Shown piece after piece: positions 50,772 through 62,904 of a stretch of 64,000 nt of DNA. The notes under the pieces were generated by a model that was not told the DNA's origin, searched no databases, and was given only the letters and a program-made list of their open reading frames with translations. The stretch's first letter is position 1, and each line of letters starts with the position of its first letter. The stretch is from an uncultured Clostridia bacterium (GTDB lineage Bacteria; Bacillota; Clostridia; TANB77; CAG-465), in assembly GCA_944383015.1 (NCBI GenBank), contig CALWOC010000002.1, positions 262,383 through 326,382 on the forward strand, written 5' to 3'. The position numbers were made by a program, and so were the translations under genes.

Positions 50772-51134
50772 ATGTTTAATTTTTTTGGCGTAAGGAGATC
50801 TAGGCAGATTAATAGAAATCTTGTATATAATTTAGTAAGTTATGAAAAAGTAAGGGATATGATTTTAGATAATAATAATATTTTAATAGATGTAAGAAGT
50901 AAAAACGAATATGATATATTGCATATTGTAAATGCAGTAAATATTCCAGTTTCAAAACTTAGACTTTGTGAAAATGAGTATAAAGATAAAAATTGTATAA
51001 TAGTATATTGTTCTAGTGGAATAAGGACTAAAGAGGCAATTACTGTATTAAATAGTATGGGTTATAATAACATATACATATGGGAGTATGGTTCTTTGTC
51101 TAATTTTCCATATAAGGATATGTTAAAAATATAA
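50772..51134 (+). CDS. rhodanese-domain protein
   Basis: IDVRSKNEYD...IIVYCSSGIR active-site Cys loop. Confidence 0.7.
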   Translation: MFNFFGVRRSRQINRNLVYNLVSYEKVRDMILDNNNILIDVRSKNEYDILHIVNAVNIPVSKLRLCENEYKDKNCIIVYCSSGIRTKEAITVLNSMGYNNIYIWEYGSLSNFPYKDMLKI

Positions 51135-51631
51135 ATTATGTTAAAAAATTTATCTCCTTTTAATTTAAAATAGTGTTTATTTTTAAATCCAAAAAATATA
51201 AGTAACTTAAATGAAATATTTTTGTTCTTGATTTTAAATTAAGATTTTTATATAATTAAGTTACTTTTTGGAGGTTTATAGTTTATTATGAAAAAGAATA
51301 AGATATTAATGCTTTATCCAAGCATTATGGAAATAGAACAAAAGAGTGATATGAATTCTTTTTGGAGAAGTGAATGGAAAAGAGTTAAGGAAGATATTAG
51401 CGATTTTAAAGCTTTATTAGAATATATTTTTCAAGCCAATTAAAACATTATTGTAAACTGTTACAATTTCAAACAATGATTATAAGACACCTTTTTTGAT
51501 ATAAAACCATTATTGTAACTTAATTGAAATGTAAATAAAATATTCTTGTTATTGCATTTTGATTTAGCATTTAATATAATGAAATTACATATAATAGTTA
51601 AGTTATATTATGTACAAAAGAGGTGTTTTTA

Positions 51632-52630
51632 ATGTTAGAGTTTTGGAAAAATGAATGGAAACTATTTCTTGAAGATATTGATTCATTAAAAAATACGTTT
51701 GCAAAAATTTTTGGAAGAAAGAAAGATTACTTGATGTTAAAATCTGGAACACAAGAAGATGGAGAAGTTCTACCACAAGAAGAACCTGCTCAAACATCAT
51801 CAATATCTTTAGAAAACGTTTCATCCGAAGTAAGTTTAGATTCAGCAAATGGATTAAATGCTGGGGGAGTTTTTGCACAAGATAATGGTGTGTTTTCTGA
51901 GTTGTCTCAAGTTGCAGATAATACTCAAGTTGAACAGCCTACTTATCAACTAGATGGAATTGACCATAAAGTTACAGCATATTTTGGTGAAAATATTGAT
52001 GAATTAAGAGTTAATATGAGTGGAGATAAAACACAACATGAAGTATTAAGAGAGTATGCACAATATTTTAAACCATATTCTGAAGCGCAAGATATGTGTA
52101 ATAGTGCTTTTAGAAAATACTATGACAGACATGCTTTAAAAATTGCAACAGAAGAACTTCCAATAGAGCAAGCTAGAATAATTCAAAATAATGTTGATTT
52201 ATTTATCAAAGGTCAAGAAGTATTTGGAGAAAATGGACAATTCATTGATTCAAGAGTAGATACTATATTTGAGAGAATAGGAATAGACCAAGTAAATAAA
52301 GTTGTAGATATTTTACATGATAATACTGATGATGGAGTAAATGTTCAAGGTGAAAGATTATTTGCAGAGGTTATTACTTATATGGTAGACAATGGAATTA
52401 AAGTTGAAAAAGGAGCAAATGTATTAGAGCCTATAAAAAATGTTCTTGAAGAAAAACTAGATGATGTTCATAACAATTTGAAAAATCATGAAGATTGGAA
52501 TGAAGAATATCAGTCACTACTATCTCAAGAGAGAAAATATTTATACGCTCTAAATAGAATTGAACAATATGAAACAGAACAAAGAATATCTGAATTTGAA
52601 GAAAAATTAAATGAAATAGAATCAGTTTAA
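51632..52630 (+). CDS. hypothetical protein
   Basis: ORF with RBS aaagaggtg; N-terminal FWKNEWK motif duplicated in an upstream mini-ORF. Confidence 0.45.
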   Translation: MLEFWKNEWKLFLEDIDSLKNTFAKIFGRKKDYLMLKSGTQEDGEVLPQEEPAQTSSISLENVSSEVSLDSANGLNAGGVFAQDNGVFSELSQVADNTQVEQPTYQLDGIDHKVTAYFGENIDELRVNMSGDKTQHEVLREYAQYFKPYSEAQDMCNSAFRKYYDRHALKIATEELPIEQARIIQNNVDLFIKGQEVFGENGQFIDSRVDTIFERIGIDQVNKVVDILHDNTDDGVNVQGERLFAEVITYMVDNGIKVEKGANVLEPIKNVLEEKLDDVHNNLKNHEDWNEEYQSLLSQERKYLYALNRIEQYETEQRISEFEEKLNEIESV

Positions 52631-52811
52631 TTTGTGTAATAAAATAAAAATATGAGAAGCTTTCAAGTTTATAAATTGAAAGCTTCTTTTATCATTATAA
52701 ACTATATAAAATTATCATTACATAATATATTGAAAAAAATATTTTATTATGTTATAATGTTTAGGTAATTAACGACACAAGACATTTTTATAAGTTAGGA
52801 GAGGATTTTTT

Positions 52812-53552
52812 ATGAAATGTATTTTACTTTGTGCTGGTTATGCTACAAGATTATTCCCATTAACTGAGAATTTTCCAAAGGCATTATTAGAGGTTGGTGG
52901 AAGACCGTTACTAGATTATATTGTTGATGAAGTTAATTCTTTAGAAGAAGTTGATCAAATTTATTTAGTAACAAATGATAGATATACACCTCATTTTCAA
53001 AAATGGGCAAATGAAAAAAATAATATAAAACCAATAAAGGTATTTAACGATAAAACAACAAATAATGATAATAGACTAGGTGCAATAGGTGATATTCAAT
53101 ATACAATTGAACAAGCAAATATTGATGATGATTTATTAATAATTGCAGGTGATAACTTATTTACATTTAAGCTAAGAGACTTTGTTGACTTTCAAAAAGA
53201 AAAAGGGACATCAGCAGTTTGTGTAAAAGAAGAAGAATATGAGACTTTAAAAAGACTTGGTGTTGTTGAAACTGACGATAATCAAAAAATTATTGGGTTT
53301 GAAGAAAAGCCAGCAGAACCAAAAGGAAGATATGCAGCTTATGCAGAATATTTATATCCTAGAGAAGTTATTCCTGTGTTTAAAAAATATATAGATGAAG
53401 GAAATAATATTGATGCTCCAGGAAATTTTGTTGCATATTTATATAAGCATATGCCTGTATATGCTTTTCCATTTGATGGACAATGCTATGATGTTGGAAC
53501 ACATGAGTCTTTAGCATATGTAAATAAATTATATTCAAAAGAAGATAAATAG
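52812..53552 (+). CDS. sugar-phosphate nucleotidyltransferase (NTP_transferase family)
   Basis: ILLCAGYATRLFPLTENFPKALLEVGGRPLLDY N-terminal signature. Confidence 0.7.
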   Translation: MKCILLCAGYATRLFPLTENFPKALLEVGGRPLLDYIVDEVNSLEEVDQIYLVTNDRYTPHFQKWANEKNNIKPIKVFNDKTTNNDNRLGAIGDIQYTIEQANIDDDLLIIAGDNLFTFKLRDFVDFQKEKGTSAVCVKEEEYETLKRLGVVETDDNQKIIGFEEKPAEPKGRYAAYAEYLYPREVIPVFKKYIDEGNNIDAPGNFVAYLYKHMPVYAFPFDGQCYDVGTHESLAYVNKLYSKEDK

Positions 53553-53579
53553 TAAATTTAATAGTAAAGGTAAATAAGT

Positions 53580-54818
53580 ATGAGTAAAATTTCACGTAGT
53601 ATAGTAGTAGCAATATTTGTAGCTTTAATCTTATTTTTAGGTGTATCAGATTTTATATATATAAATAATGTAGAGAAAACAGTAAATAGTATTAATGGAT
53701 GGGTTAAGTTTGGATATATTATATTAGTAATTGTCCTTGTTTCGTTATATACATATGTTAGAGAAAAAATATCTAGACTTAAACTTCAAAAAACGATTTC
53801 ACTTATATATAGATATATATATATTACATTAGTAATGCTTGCTACTACATTTTTTAAAATATATAAAGTAATGGAAATATATCCTAAAAGATCGTTAGTA
53901 CTCTATTTTGTACTTACATATCTAATAGGAATTTGTATACAAAGAATAATATTTAATGTTTCAAAGAGTGATGTGTTATCTGTACTTGGAATGTTTATTT
54001 CATTTACTCTACCAGTAGTAATAGATGACAAGACAATAGATCTTAACTCTAAAGTTATTGTTTTTATAATGTTAATGTCTATTTATGTATTGCAAATACT
54101 ACTTGATGAGCTAAAGCAATTAAATATAAAAAATAAGAAATATATTATACAAGCTGTTATACTAGGAGTACTTATAGGAGTTAGTACAATAGTAGGAATT
54201 AATTATTTGATATGGGTTGTAATTGGTGTGATTTCTTTATTTATAACTTCAAATTTAGATTCTACTAGTTTGAATTTATCTAATAGGCAAAATAAGACAA
54301 TAAAAAGAAAGAAGAATAATTATTTTATTTATAAAATAGAAAGAATAAAAATAAGTAAGTTATTAATATCTTTGTGTATAATAGTTGTTATTTCTACTGT
54401 TATATATTTTAGCGGTAGAGAAGTAGTAAGATATTTTGCAATGAATGGAAATAGTGTTTGTCAAAATATAGTAAATGATCTTACAGTTGGTATACATACA
54501 GATACTGATACTAGTTTTGAAAATTTAAAATTACAAGCTTATGCATTTTCTAGTATGTCAACTAAATTTTATATAGTATGTTATTTTTATATTATTGCTA
54601 TGGAAATTTTAGCATTAGTATTAAAAAGAAAGTATGATACAAAGTCTACTGTTATAAAGTTAAGTTTTATATTGCTGTTTGGTATTATAGCAATTTTTAA
54701 ATTAAATATTGTTTATTATCAACCAATTTTAACTTTATTATTAGTTATAATTTGTATTGTAAATACAACTAATATTTATTACAATAGAGAAGAAAGAATA
54801 AAAATGATTGAAGCATAA
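53580..54818 (+). CDS. hypothetical polytopic membrane protein
   Basis: More than 10 predicted TM helices. Confidence 0.45.
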   Translation: MSKISRSIVVAIFVALILFLGVSDFIYINNVEKTVNSINGWVKFGYIILVIVLVSLYTYVREKISRLKLQKTISLIYRYIYITLVMLATTFFKIYKVMEIYPKRSLVLYFVLTYLIGICIQRIIFNVSKSDVLSVLGMFISFTLPVVIDDKTIDLNSKVIVFIMLMSIYVLQILLDELKQLNIKNKKYIIQAVILGVLIGVSTIVGINYLIWVVIGVISLFITSNLDSTSLNLSNRQNKTIKRKKNNYFIYKIERIKISKLLISLCIIVVISTVIYFSGREVVRYFAMNGNSVCQNIVNDLTVGIHTDTDTSFENLKLQAYAFSSMSTKFYIVCYFYIIAMEILALVLKRKYDTKSTVIKLSFILLFGIIAIFKLNIVYYQPILTLLLVIICIVNTTNIYYNREERIKMIEA

Positions 54819-54836
54819 GAAAGAAGGTGTAAGAGG

Positions 54837-56651
54837 GTGCCATATTATTCAGGCGATTTAATTGAAGAAGTTATATCTCAAAATGATATAGTTGAAGTTG
54901 TATCTGAATATGTCACTTTAAAAAAGAGTGGTAGAAATTATATGGGACTATGTCCTTTTCACAGAGAAAAGTCACCTTCTTTTTGTGTCTCAATGGATAA
55001 ACAAATTTTCAAATGTTTTGGATGCTCAGAGGGTGGAAATGTTATTACTTTTATTATGAAAATAGAAAATATTGACTTTTGGGAAGCCGTTGAAATGCTT
55101 GCCGAAAGAGCAAATATTGATACAGCAAGATATGAAGTAAATAATTATTATAATAAAATAGAATCGGCAAAAAAAGATTTGAAAGACACAATGTATAGAT
55201 TAAACAGAGATGTTGGTCTATTTTATCATAATAATTTGATTGAGCTTTTAAAAGAAGATAAGAATGATGTAAAGGATTATATTATATCTAGAAAGCTTGA
55301 TATAAAAACGATAAATAAGTTTGGTATAGGATATTCTACAGGAAAGGAACCATTATATGATTATTTAATAAAACAAGGATATTCTGATGAAGAAATTATG
55401 GCTTCAGATATAATCTTAAATAGTAAAAATGGTAGAAAATATGATAGATTTTTTGATAGAATAATGTTTCCTATTTTTGATATTAGAGATAGAATTATAG
55501 CTTTTGGAGGTAGAGCTTTTGGAGAAAAAGTTAATAATAAAACAGTTCCAAAGTATTATAATTCACAAGAAAATGACATTTACCATAAGGGTAAAACATT
55601 ATATTTAATGAACTTTGCAAAAAGGAATAAACTAGAAAATATAATAATAGTTGAAGGATATATGGATGCTATTGCTCTTCAAAAGTTTGGTTTTAATAAT
55701 GCAGTTGCTTCTCTTGGAACAGCACTTACAGAAAATCAAGCACGCCTTATAAAAAAGTATACTGATAATGTTATTATTGGCTATGATCAAGATGGTGCAG
55801 GACAAGCTGCAACTTTAAGAGGCTTAGATATACTTGCCAGTCATGGTCTTAATGTTAAAGTATTAAAACTTGATAGAGATGATGTAAAAGATCCAGATGA
55901 ATATTTAAATAAATATGGACCAGAAAGACTAAAAAATTGTATTAATAACGCAATTGCTTTAGTTGAGTTTAAAATTTCAATTTTAGAAAAGGATTTGAAT
56001 TTAGATAATTTTGACTCAAAAGTAAGATTTCTTACAGGAGTTTCTAATATATTAGCAAAAATAGAAAATAATATTGAAAGAGACTTATATATAGATAAAA
56101 TTTCAAAAAAATATGGAATGAGTCCCGGTCCAATATTAAAAGAGGTTGAAAAGGGTTTAAAATCTAAAAAGCAAAATGATGATATACAAATAGATATGAA
56201 TTCTCTTAATAAAAAAATGCAACTTGTAACAAGTGTAAGGAAGAGGCAAGAACAATATATTGTAGCATTAGTACTTTCCAAAAATAAAAAAGTACAAGAA
56301 GCTATATTAAGTAACATTTCATCTTATGATATAGATGATGAAAGTGTTAGAAAAATTTATGATTTCATCTTATCTTTAAAAGATAAGTATGATATAAATA
56401 AAATTGATATCTTATCCAAGATACAAGATGAAGATATGATAAAGGAAATCACCGATATAATGTATATCGACATTTCAGGATATGAGGAAAAATTACTTCA
56501 AGATGTATTAAAGAATAAGAAAAAAGAAAAACTATTTACAAGGAGAGATGATATTATAAAGCGATTAAATGAAAACATCTCAGATGACGAAAGTCAAATA
56601 TTAAATGTTGAGTTAAATCAAATAATAATTGAACTTTCAAAATTAAAGTAA
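54837..56651 (+). CDS. dnaG: DNA primase
   Basis: CHC2 zinc finger ([11 protein letters not shown]...[13 protein letters not shown]), TOPRIM region. Confidence 0.9.
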   Translation: MPYYSGDLIEEVISQNDIVEVVSEYVTLKKSGRNYMGLCPFHREKSPSFCVSMDKQIFKCFGCSEGGNVITFIMKIENIDFWEAVEMLAERANIDTARYEVNNYYNKIESAKKDLKDTMYRLNRDVGLFYHNNLIELLKEDKNDVKDYIISRKLDIKTINKFGIGYSTGKEPLYDYLIKQGYSDEEIMASDIILNSKNGRKYDRFFDRIMFPIFDIRDRIIAFGGRAFGEKVNNKTVPKYYNSQENDIYHKGKTLYLMNFAKRNKLENIIIVEGYMDAIALQKFGFNNAVASLGTALTENQARLIKKYTDNVIIGYDQDGAGQAATLRGLDILASHGLNVKVLKLDRDDVKDPDEYLNKYGPERLKNCINNAIALVEFKISILEKDLNLDNFDSKVRFLTGVSNILAKIENNIERDLYIDKISKKYGMSPGPILKEVEKGLKSKKQNDDIQIDMNSLNKKMQLVTSVRKRQEQYIVALVLSKNKKVQEAILSNISSYDIDDESVRKIYDFILSLKDKYDINKIDILSKIQDEDMIKEITDIMYIDISGYEEKLLQDVLKNKKKEKLFTRRDDIIKRLNENISDDESQILNVELNQIIIELSKLK

Positions 56652-56668
56652 AAAGGAGTTTGAAGTTA

Positions 56669-57907
56669 ATGGAAAAAGAAGACAAAAAAGCAACAGATTC
56701 TAATGAATTAACACAAAAAGAAAAAGTAAAAGCTTTTATTGATGAGGCAATAAAAGCAAATAAAGTTCAGATGAAAGATGTTATTGAATTTATTAGTAAG
56801 GAAAACATTGATTCTGAATATGTTACTAAAATTTATGATGAGCTAGATAAAGCTAAAGTAAAGTTAGTTTTAGATGATGAAGACGAAGAAAAAGATTTAT
56901 TAATTGATGGAAAGATTAAAGAGGAGCTTGAAGAGGATCCTAATAAAAAGGATGAAGACAATGTAGCTGTTGCAGACTTAGATATTGAACCTGATCTTGA
57001 AGATATTGACGAAACAGAAAAAGATTTACTTTTCCAAGATATGCAAGATATGTCTTTTGTAGACAATTTAAATGTTGATGATCCTGTAAAAATGTTTTTA
57101 AAAGAGATAGGAAAAATAAGATTATTAACTTATGAAGAAGAAAATATTTTGGCAGAGAGAATGCTTAAAGGTGATAAAGAAGCTAAAAAACAATTGATTG
57201 AATCAAACTTAAGACTTGTTGTAAGTATTGCTAAGAAGTATATAGGAAGAGGAATGAACTTTTTAGATTTAATTCAAGAAGGAAATCTTGGTTTGATAAA
57301 GGCAGTAGATAAATTTGATCAAACAAAAGGATATAAATTTTCAACTTATGCTACATGGTGGATAAGACAAGCCATTACTAGAGCAATTGCAGATCAAGCG
57401 AGAACAATTAGAATACCTGTTCACATGGTTGAAACAATAAACAAATTAATTAAGACATCTAGACATTTATTACAGACTTTAGGAAGAGAACCTACACCAG
57501 AAGAAATTGCTGCTGAACTTGAAATGCCGGTAGAAAAAGTTAGAGATATTTTAAAAGTATCACAAGAACCAATTTCTTTAGAGACACCAGTAGGTGAGGA
57601 AGATGAAAGTAATCTTGGAAACTTTATACCAGATGATGAGGCGCCATCTCCATCAGAGCAAGCAGCAGATACTCTACTTAGAGAGCATATTGAGGAGGTA
57701 ATGCAAACTCTAACTCCACGTGAAGCCAAAGTATTAAAATTAAGGTTTGGTCTTGAAGATGGAAGAATGAGAACTTTAGAAGAAGTAGGAAGAGAGTTTG
57801 ATGTTACTCGTGAAAGAATTAGACAAATAGAAGCAAAAGCTTTAAGAAAGTTAAGACATCCAAGTAGAAGTAAAAAGTTAAAAGATTTTATGAGTAGTGA
57901 TATTTAA
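56669..57907 (+). CDS. sigA: RNA polymerase sigma factor SigA/RpoD
   Basis: Conserved regions 1.2-4.2 ([43 protein letters not shown]). Confidence 0.95.
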   Translation: MEKEDKKATDSNELTQKEKVKAFIDEAIKANKVQMKDVIEFISKENIDSEYVTKIYDELDKAKVKLVLDDEDEEKDLLIDGKIKEELEEDPNKKDEDNVAVADLDIEPDLEDIDETEKDLLFQDMQDMSFVDNLNVDDPVKMFLKEIGKIRLLTYEEENILAERMLKGDKEAKKQLIESNLRLVVSIAKKYIGRGMNFLDLIQEGNLGLIKAVDKFDQTKGYKFSTYATWWIRQAITRAIADQARTIRIPVHMVETINKLIKTSRHLLQTLGREPTPEEIAAELEMPVEKVRDILKVSQEPISLETPVGEEDESNLGNFIPDDEAPSPSEQAADTLLREHIEEVMQTLTPREAKVLKLRFGLEDGRMRTLEEVGREFDVTRERIRQIEAKALRKLRHPSRSKKLKDFMSSDI

Positions 57908-57927
57908 AATATCAAAGAGGAGGGTAT

Positions 57928-58392
57928 ATGTCTACATTAATTATAGTTGTAATATTAATATATGTAATATTTTTTGCATTTAGCTTTTTATCTTATGCAT
58001 TTAATTCATATGGATTATATGAGATAGCTAAAAGAGAAAATGAAGATAAACAAGTTCTTGCATGGATTCCCTATTTAAATAAATTTACTTTAGGAAAATT
58101 AGCTTTTAAATCAAATATTCATGGTATATTACTTGTTACATTTAATATAATAGGATTAATTTGTTTGTTAGCTTTGCTATTTATAAGTAAAAATGAGAAA
58201 GCAATTATAGCGTTTTCACTAATAAGTATTTTAATGTTTATAATAACATCTATATATTCATATTTTGCAAGATATAAGCTATATAAAAGATATGGTAAAA
58301 GTACAATTCTTCTTACTGTTTTAGATGTTATTTCTTGTGGAATTTTAGGACCATTTTTTGTTTTTGCAATAAGAAATAATAATGAGAACTAA
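57928..58392 (+). CDS. hypothetical membrane protein
   Basis: Four predicted TM helices. Confidence 0.4.
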   Translation: MSTLIIVVILIYVIFFAFSFLSYAFNSYGLYEIAKRENEDKQVLAWIPYLNKFTLGKLAFKSNIHGILLVTFNIIGLICLLALLFISKNEKAIIAFSLISILMFIITSIYSYFARYKLYKRYGKSTILLTVLDVISCGILGPFFVFAIRNNNEN

Positions 58393-58402
58393 AAAAAAGC
58401 AC

Positions 58403-58449
58403 TTGACAAAGTGCTTTTTTAAATATATAATAGTCAAAGAAAGTCAAAG
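58403..58449 (+). promoter_or_regulatory. ctsR-operon promoter TTGACA-17-TATAAT with CtsR operator direct repeat AGTCAAAGAAAGTCAAAG
   Basis: -35 at 58403-58408 (inside the upstream terminator hairpin), -10 at 58426-58431, heptad direct repeat at 58432-58449 matching the CtsR box RGTCAAAnAnRGTCAAA. Confidence 0.7.
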
Positions 58450-58472
58450 TTAAATAGGAGGAGAAAATTAAT

Positions 58473-58919
58473 ATGAATTTATCAGATATGATTGAGGAAT
58501 ATATTATAAATGCAATATCTGATTCAGATCAAGTTGAATTAAAAAGAAGTGAGATTGCACATGAGTTTAATTGTGTTCCATCACAGATTAATTATGTTAT
58601 ATCTACTAGATTTATACCAGAATTAGGATTTTATGTAGAGAGTAAGCGAGGAGGAAATGGATATATAAAGATAAGTAAAATAAATTTATCAAAGTCGAAA
58701 TTTGTAAAAGATATTATATACAAAATTGGTGGAAAAATGTCGCAAAGTGTTATGGATATTTACTTAAGAGAACTGCTTAGATATAATATAATAGATGATA
58801 AAAATGCAAGTATAATATCTGCTGCACTATCTGAAAAGAGTTTAAATCAAGTTCCAAAACTTTCAAGAGATAATGTAAGGGCAGATATGTTTAAAAATAT
58901 ACTTGTTAATTTAATATAA
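58473..58919 (+). CDS. ctsR: transcriptional repressor CtsR
   Basis: KRSEIAHEFNCVPSQINYVISTRF...VESKRGGNGYIKI is highly characteristic of CtsR. Confidence 0.85.
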   Translation: MNLSDMIEEYIINAISDSDQVELKRSEIAHEFNCVPSQINYVISTRFIPELGFYVESKRGGNGYIKISKINLSKSKFVKDIIYKIGGKMSQSVMDIYLRELLRYNIIDDKNASIISAALSEKSLNQVPKLSRDNVRADMFKNILVNLI

Positions 58920-58937
58920 TTTAAGGAGGAAGAAAAA

Positions 58938-59417
58938 ATGATATGTTCAAATTGTGGAAAAAATAATGCAACAATTACATATAAGCAAAACATAAATGGC
59001 GAGGTTACTAATTTAAACTTATGCGAAAACTGTGCGCATAAGCTTGGAATACTTAATTCTTTTGATGATATTTTTTCACCTATGATTTTAGATTTGGATT
59101 ATATATTACCAGAAGAAGTAAAATGTAAAAAATGTGGATATACTTTTTCTAAGTATAAATCAACAGGTCTTTTTGGCTGTGATGAATGTTATAATACTTT
59201 TAAAAAGGAAATAGATAGCATTTTGCCTAAGATTCAGGGAAAAAATAGACATGTTACAAATAAATCTTTAAATAAACTTAATGATAACAAGAATTTAAGT
59301 GAAATAGATAAACTTAAAAATAAGTTACAACAGTTAATAAAAGAAGAAAACTTTGAAGAGGCTGCAGTAGTTAGAGATAAAATAAAAGCTCTAGAAAAAA
59401 AGGAGGAAAATAAATAG
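58938..59417 (+). CDS. mcsA: protein-arginine kinase activator McsA (UvrB/C-motif protein)
   Basis: Two CxxC zinc-finger pairs and a C-terminal UVR domain (EENFEEAAVVRDKIKALE). Confidence 0.75.
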   Translation: MICSNCGKNNATITYKQNINGEVTNLNLCENCAHKLGILNSFDDIFSPMILDLDYILPEEVKCKKCGYTFSKYKSTGLFGCDECYNTFKKEIDSILPKIQGKNRHVTNKSLNKLNDNKNLSEIDKLKNKLQQLIKEENFEEAAVVRDKIKALEKKEENK

Positions 59418-59418
59418 T

Positions 59419-60390
59419 ATGGAAAATTATGATGATGTTGTACTAACAACAAGAATAAGGCTAGCAAGAAATGTAAAGGGATATAATTTTACAAATAATA
59501 TGATAGATAAGCAAAAACAAGAGCTTTTAGATTATATAAAAGATAGATTAGGTAATAGTTACAATGTATTAGAATTAAATAATATGGACGATGTTACTAA
59601 GAAATCGTTGGTAGAGACTCATATAATTTCTAAGGAACTATTGTTAAATAATAATACTGCAATTATTGTAGATGAGAAAAATAAAATTACTACAATGCTT
59701 AATGAAGAAGATCATTTTAGAATACAAGCTTTAGAAAATGCTTTTAATATAGATAAGGCGTACGAGAATATAAAAAAAGTGGACGAAGATTTTTCTTCTA
59801 AAATAGAGTATGCATATAATGACGATTATGGATATATTACTGCGTGTCCTACTTGCCTCGGCACTGGTATGAGAGTATCAGTAATGCTACATTTACCAGC
59901 GCTTGAAAAAATAGGGGCACTTGAAAAAATATTTAATGAAATATCTGGACTAGGAATTGCTATTAGAGGAATTTATGGCGAAAATACAAGTGGTGAAGGG
60001 TCAATATTTCAAATATCTAATCAAAAAACTCTTGGTATAGAAGAAGAACAAATTATAGAGCAAGTAAAACAAGTAACAAAATATATTGTAAAGCAAGAAC
60101 GAAAAGCAAGAGAGATAATAAAGACGAAATTAGAGGTTAAAGATGAAATAATGAGGTCTTTGGGTGTTGCTAAGTATTCAATACTTATGACGAAAAAAGA
60201 AGCTATGCAGATTTTATCTAATATACGTTTGGGTATTAATATGGATATAATAAGTGATATATCGTTAGATAAAATAAATAATATAATTGAAGGTATTGGA
60301 ATAAATACATTAAGAAAGAATTTAAAAGATAATTTTCCTAGAGAAGAAGAGAATATAAAAAGAGCAGAATATATAAAAAATAATATATAG
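59419..60390 (+). CDS. mcsB: protein arginine kinase McsB
   Basis: ATP:guanido phosphotransferase motifs (ITACPTCLGTGMRVS). Confidence 0.8.
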   Translation: MENYDDVVLTTRIRLARNVKGYNFTNNMIDKQKQELLDYIKDRLGNSYNVLELNNMDDVTKKSLVETHIISKELLLNNNTAIIVDEKNKITTMLNEEDHFRIQALENAFNIDKAYENIKKVDEDFSSKIEYAYNDDYGYITACPTCLGTGMRVSVMLHLPALEKIGALEKIFNEISGLGIAIRGIYGENTSGEGSIFQISNQKTLGIEEEQIIEQVKQVTKYIVKQERKAREIIKTKLEVKDEIMRSLGVAKYSILMTKKEAMQILSNIRLGINMDIISDISLDKINNIIEGIGINTLRKNLKDNFPREEENIKRAEYIKNNI

Positions 60391-60406
60391 AAGGGGGAGA
60401 GAATAT

Positions 60407-62848
60407 ATGTATGAGTTTACGGAAAGTGCAAGAAAAGTTATAGAGCTTGCAAAAGAGTTTTCTTTAAATCATAATTATTCATATATAGGGACAGAACAAA
60501 TTTTGTATGGTTTGATTGCAGAAAATGATGGACTAGCTGCAAATATATTAAAAAAACAAGATTTAACAGCAGAATATATTGAAGAGGAAATAGTTAAGAT
60601 TGATGGTGTAATGAATACAATTATAGAAGAAGATCAAATAGATTTTACACCAAGAGCAAAGAGAATTATTGCAAATAGTCAAAAAGAAGCAATTAGAATG
60701 GGGCAAAATTATGTTGGTTCAGAGCATATTTTACTTGCTTTAATGAGAGAAATTGATAGTGTTGCTGTAAGAATACTAATTGACTCAGATGTAGATCCTC
60801 AAAGAATCTTTACAGAACTTTTAAGAATTCTTGGAGAAGAATCACCAATTTCTAAATCGTACAATGATCCTGCAAATATAGAAGCTAAATCTTCATCAAA
60901 TACACCTACACTTAATCAGTATGGTAAAGATTTAACAGAACTTGCAAGACAAAATAAATTAGATCCTGTAATAGGGAGAGAGTCAGAAATTGAAAGAGTA
61001 ATAGAAATACTAAGTCGTAGAACAAAGAATAATCCTGTTTTAATAGGAGAACCTGGTGTCGGTAAAACAGCTGTAGTTGAAGGATTAGCTCAGATGATAT
61101 ATGAAAATAATGTTCCAGAAATATTAAAAGGAAGAAGAGTTGTTTCTTTAGATATGGCCTCAATGATTGCGGGAGCTAAATATAGAGGAGAATTTGAAGA
61201 AAGATTAAAAAAAGCACTTCAAGAAGTAAAAAATTCTAAAAATGTTATATTGTTTATTGATGAAATTCACACTATAGTTGGAGCAGGCTCAGCAGAAGGA
61301 GCAATGGATGCAGCTAATATTTTAAAGCCATTATTATCTAGAGGAGAAATTCAAGTAATAGGAGCAACAACATTAAACGAATATAGAAAATATATTGAAA
61401 AAGACAGTGCTTTAGAAAGGAGATTTCAAAGTGTTATTGTAGAGGAGCCAAGTATAGAGAATACAATTGAAATACTTAAAGGACTAAAAGATAAATATGA
61501 AGCTCATCATAAAGTAAAAATTACAGATGAAGCAATTAAAGAGGCCACTATTTTATCTGAAAGATATATTACAGATAGATTTTTGCCAGATAAAGCAATT
61601 GATCTTATAGATGAAGCTTGTTCTAAAGCAAAGATAAAAAGTTTGACAAAGCCGGAGAGTTTTAAAAATCTTGAAAAAGAACTAGAGAAAAAATCAAAAG
61701 AAAAAGAAGAAGCTATTATATCTCAGAATTTTGAAAAGGCAGCTAAAATAAGAGATGAAGAAAAAGAACTAAAAGACAAGATTGAAAAGCAAGATGAAAA
61801 ATGGAAAAGTAAAGAAAGTAGTAAAGATATTTCAATAGGAAAAGAAGATATATGTTTAGTTGTATCAAATTGGACAAAAATACCTGTTACAAAACTTACT
61901 GAAACTGAGACAGAAAAGTTAAGAAACTTAGATAAAGAACTTAAAAAAAGAGTAATAGGCCAAGATGAAGCTATTGATGTTCTATCAAAAGCTATAAAAA
62001 GAGCAAGAGTTGGACTTAAGGATGAAAATAGACCAATAGGTTCATTTATGTTTTTGGGACCAACAGGAGTTGGTAAAACAGAACTAACAAAAGCACTTGC
62101 AGCTAATATGTTTGGTAGTGAGAATTCTATGATAAGACTTGATATGTCAGAGTATATGGAACCACATAGTGTGTCAAAATTAATAGGCTCACCCCCAGGA
62201 TATGTTGGCTATGATGATGGGGGACAGCTTACAGAGCAAGTAAGAAGAAAGCCATATTCTATTGTACTATTTGATGAGATAGAAAAAGCACATCCAGATG
62301 TATTTAATATGCTACTTCAAATATTAGATGATGGTAGACTTACAGATTCTAATGGTAGAACAGTTAGTTTTAAAAATACGGTTATAATAATGACTTCAAA
62401 TACTGGTGCTAGAAATATACTTGAAACTAAAACTATTGGATTTGCAAATAAAGAGAATCCAAAAGAGACATATGAAAGAAATAAAGAAGAAGTAATGAAT
62501 GAACTTAAAAAAACTTTTAGACCAGAATTTTTAAATAGACTCGATGAAATAATTGTATTTAAAAAATTAGATAAGGAATCTGTTAAGAAGATATCAAAAA
62601 TTATGATTGATAATTCTATTTCAAAATTAAAGGAAAGAAATATAGATATAGACATAGACGAATCAGTGATTGAATATATTTCTAATGTAGGATTTGATGA
62701 TAATTATGGTGCTAGACCACTAAGAAGAGCTGTACAATCTAAAATAGAGGATAAATTTGCAGAAGAATTGCTTGATGGAAAGATTAAAGATGGTGATCAT
62801 GTAAAAGTAAGTGTTGAAGATAATAAAGTCATAATAAGTTCTAAATAG
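60407..62848 (+). CDS. clpC: ATP-dependent Clp protease ATP-binding subunit ClpC
   Basis: Clp N repeats, two AAA+ modules ([16 protein letters not shown]), UVR-like middle domain. Confidence 0.9.
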   Translation: MYEFTESARKVIELAKEFSLNHNYSYIGTEQILYGLIAENDGLAANILKKQDLTAEYIEEEIVKIDGVMNTIIEEDQIDFTPRAKRIIANSQKEAIRMGQNYVGSEHILLALMREIDSVAVRILIDSDVDPQRIFTELLRILGEESPISKSYNDPANIEAKSSSNTPTLNQYGKDLTELARQNKLDPVIGRESEIERVIEILSRRTKNNPVLIGEPGVGKTAVVEGLAQMIYENNVPEILKGRRVVSLDMASMIAGAKYRGEFEERLKKALQEVKNSKNVILFIDEIHTIVGAGSAEGAMDAANILKPLLSRGEIQVIGATTLNEYRKYIEKDSALERRFQSVIVEEPSIENTIEILKGLKDKYEAHHKVKITDEAIKEATILSERYITDRFLPDKAIDLIDEACSKAKIKSLTKPESFKNLEKELEKKSKEKEEAIISQNFEKAAKIRDEEKELKDKIEKQDEKWKSKESSKDISIGKEDICLVVSNWTKIPVTKLTETETEKLRNLDKELKKRVIGQDEAIDVLSKAIKRARVGLKDENRPIGSFMFLGPTGVGKTELTKALAANMFGSENSMIRLDMSEYMEPHSVSKLIGSPPGYVGYDDGGQLTEQVRRKPYSIVLFDEIEKAHPDVFNMLLQILDDGRLTDSNGRTVSFKNTVIIMTSNTGARNILETKTIGFANKENPKETYERNKEEVMNELKKTFRPEFLNRLDEIIVFKKLDKESVKKISKIMIDNSISKLKERNIDIDIDESVIEYISNVGFDDNYGARPLRRAVQSKIEDKFAEELLDGKIKDGDHVKVSVEDNKVIISSK

Positions 62849-62904
62849 TTGAATTTAATTTATTTTTGTGCTATATTTAAGCTATAGTATAAGGAGGAAT
62901 TTAT

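Noticed and set aside
57421-57729. Ser-rich minus-strand ORFs within sigA (57421..57729 and 56833..57066)
   Set aside because: Antisense to the highly conserved sigA coding sequence.
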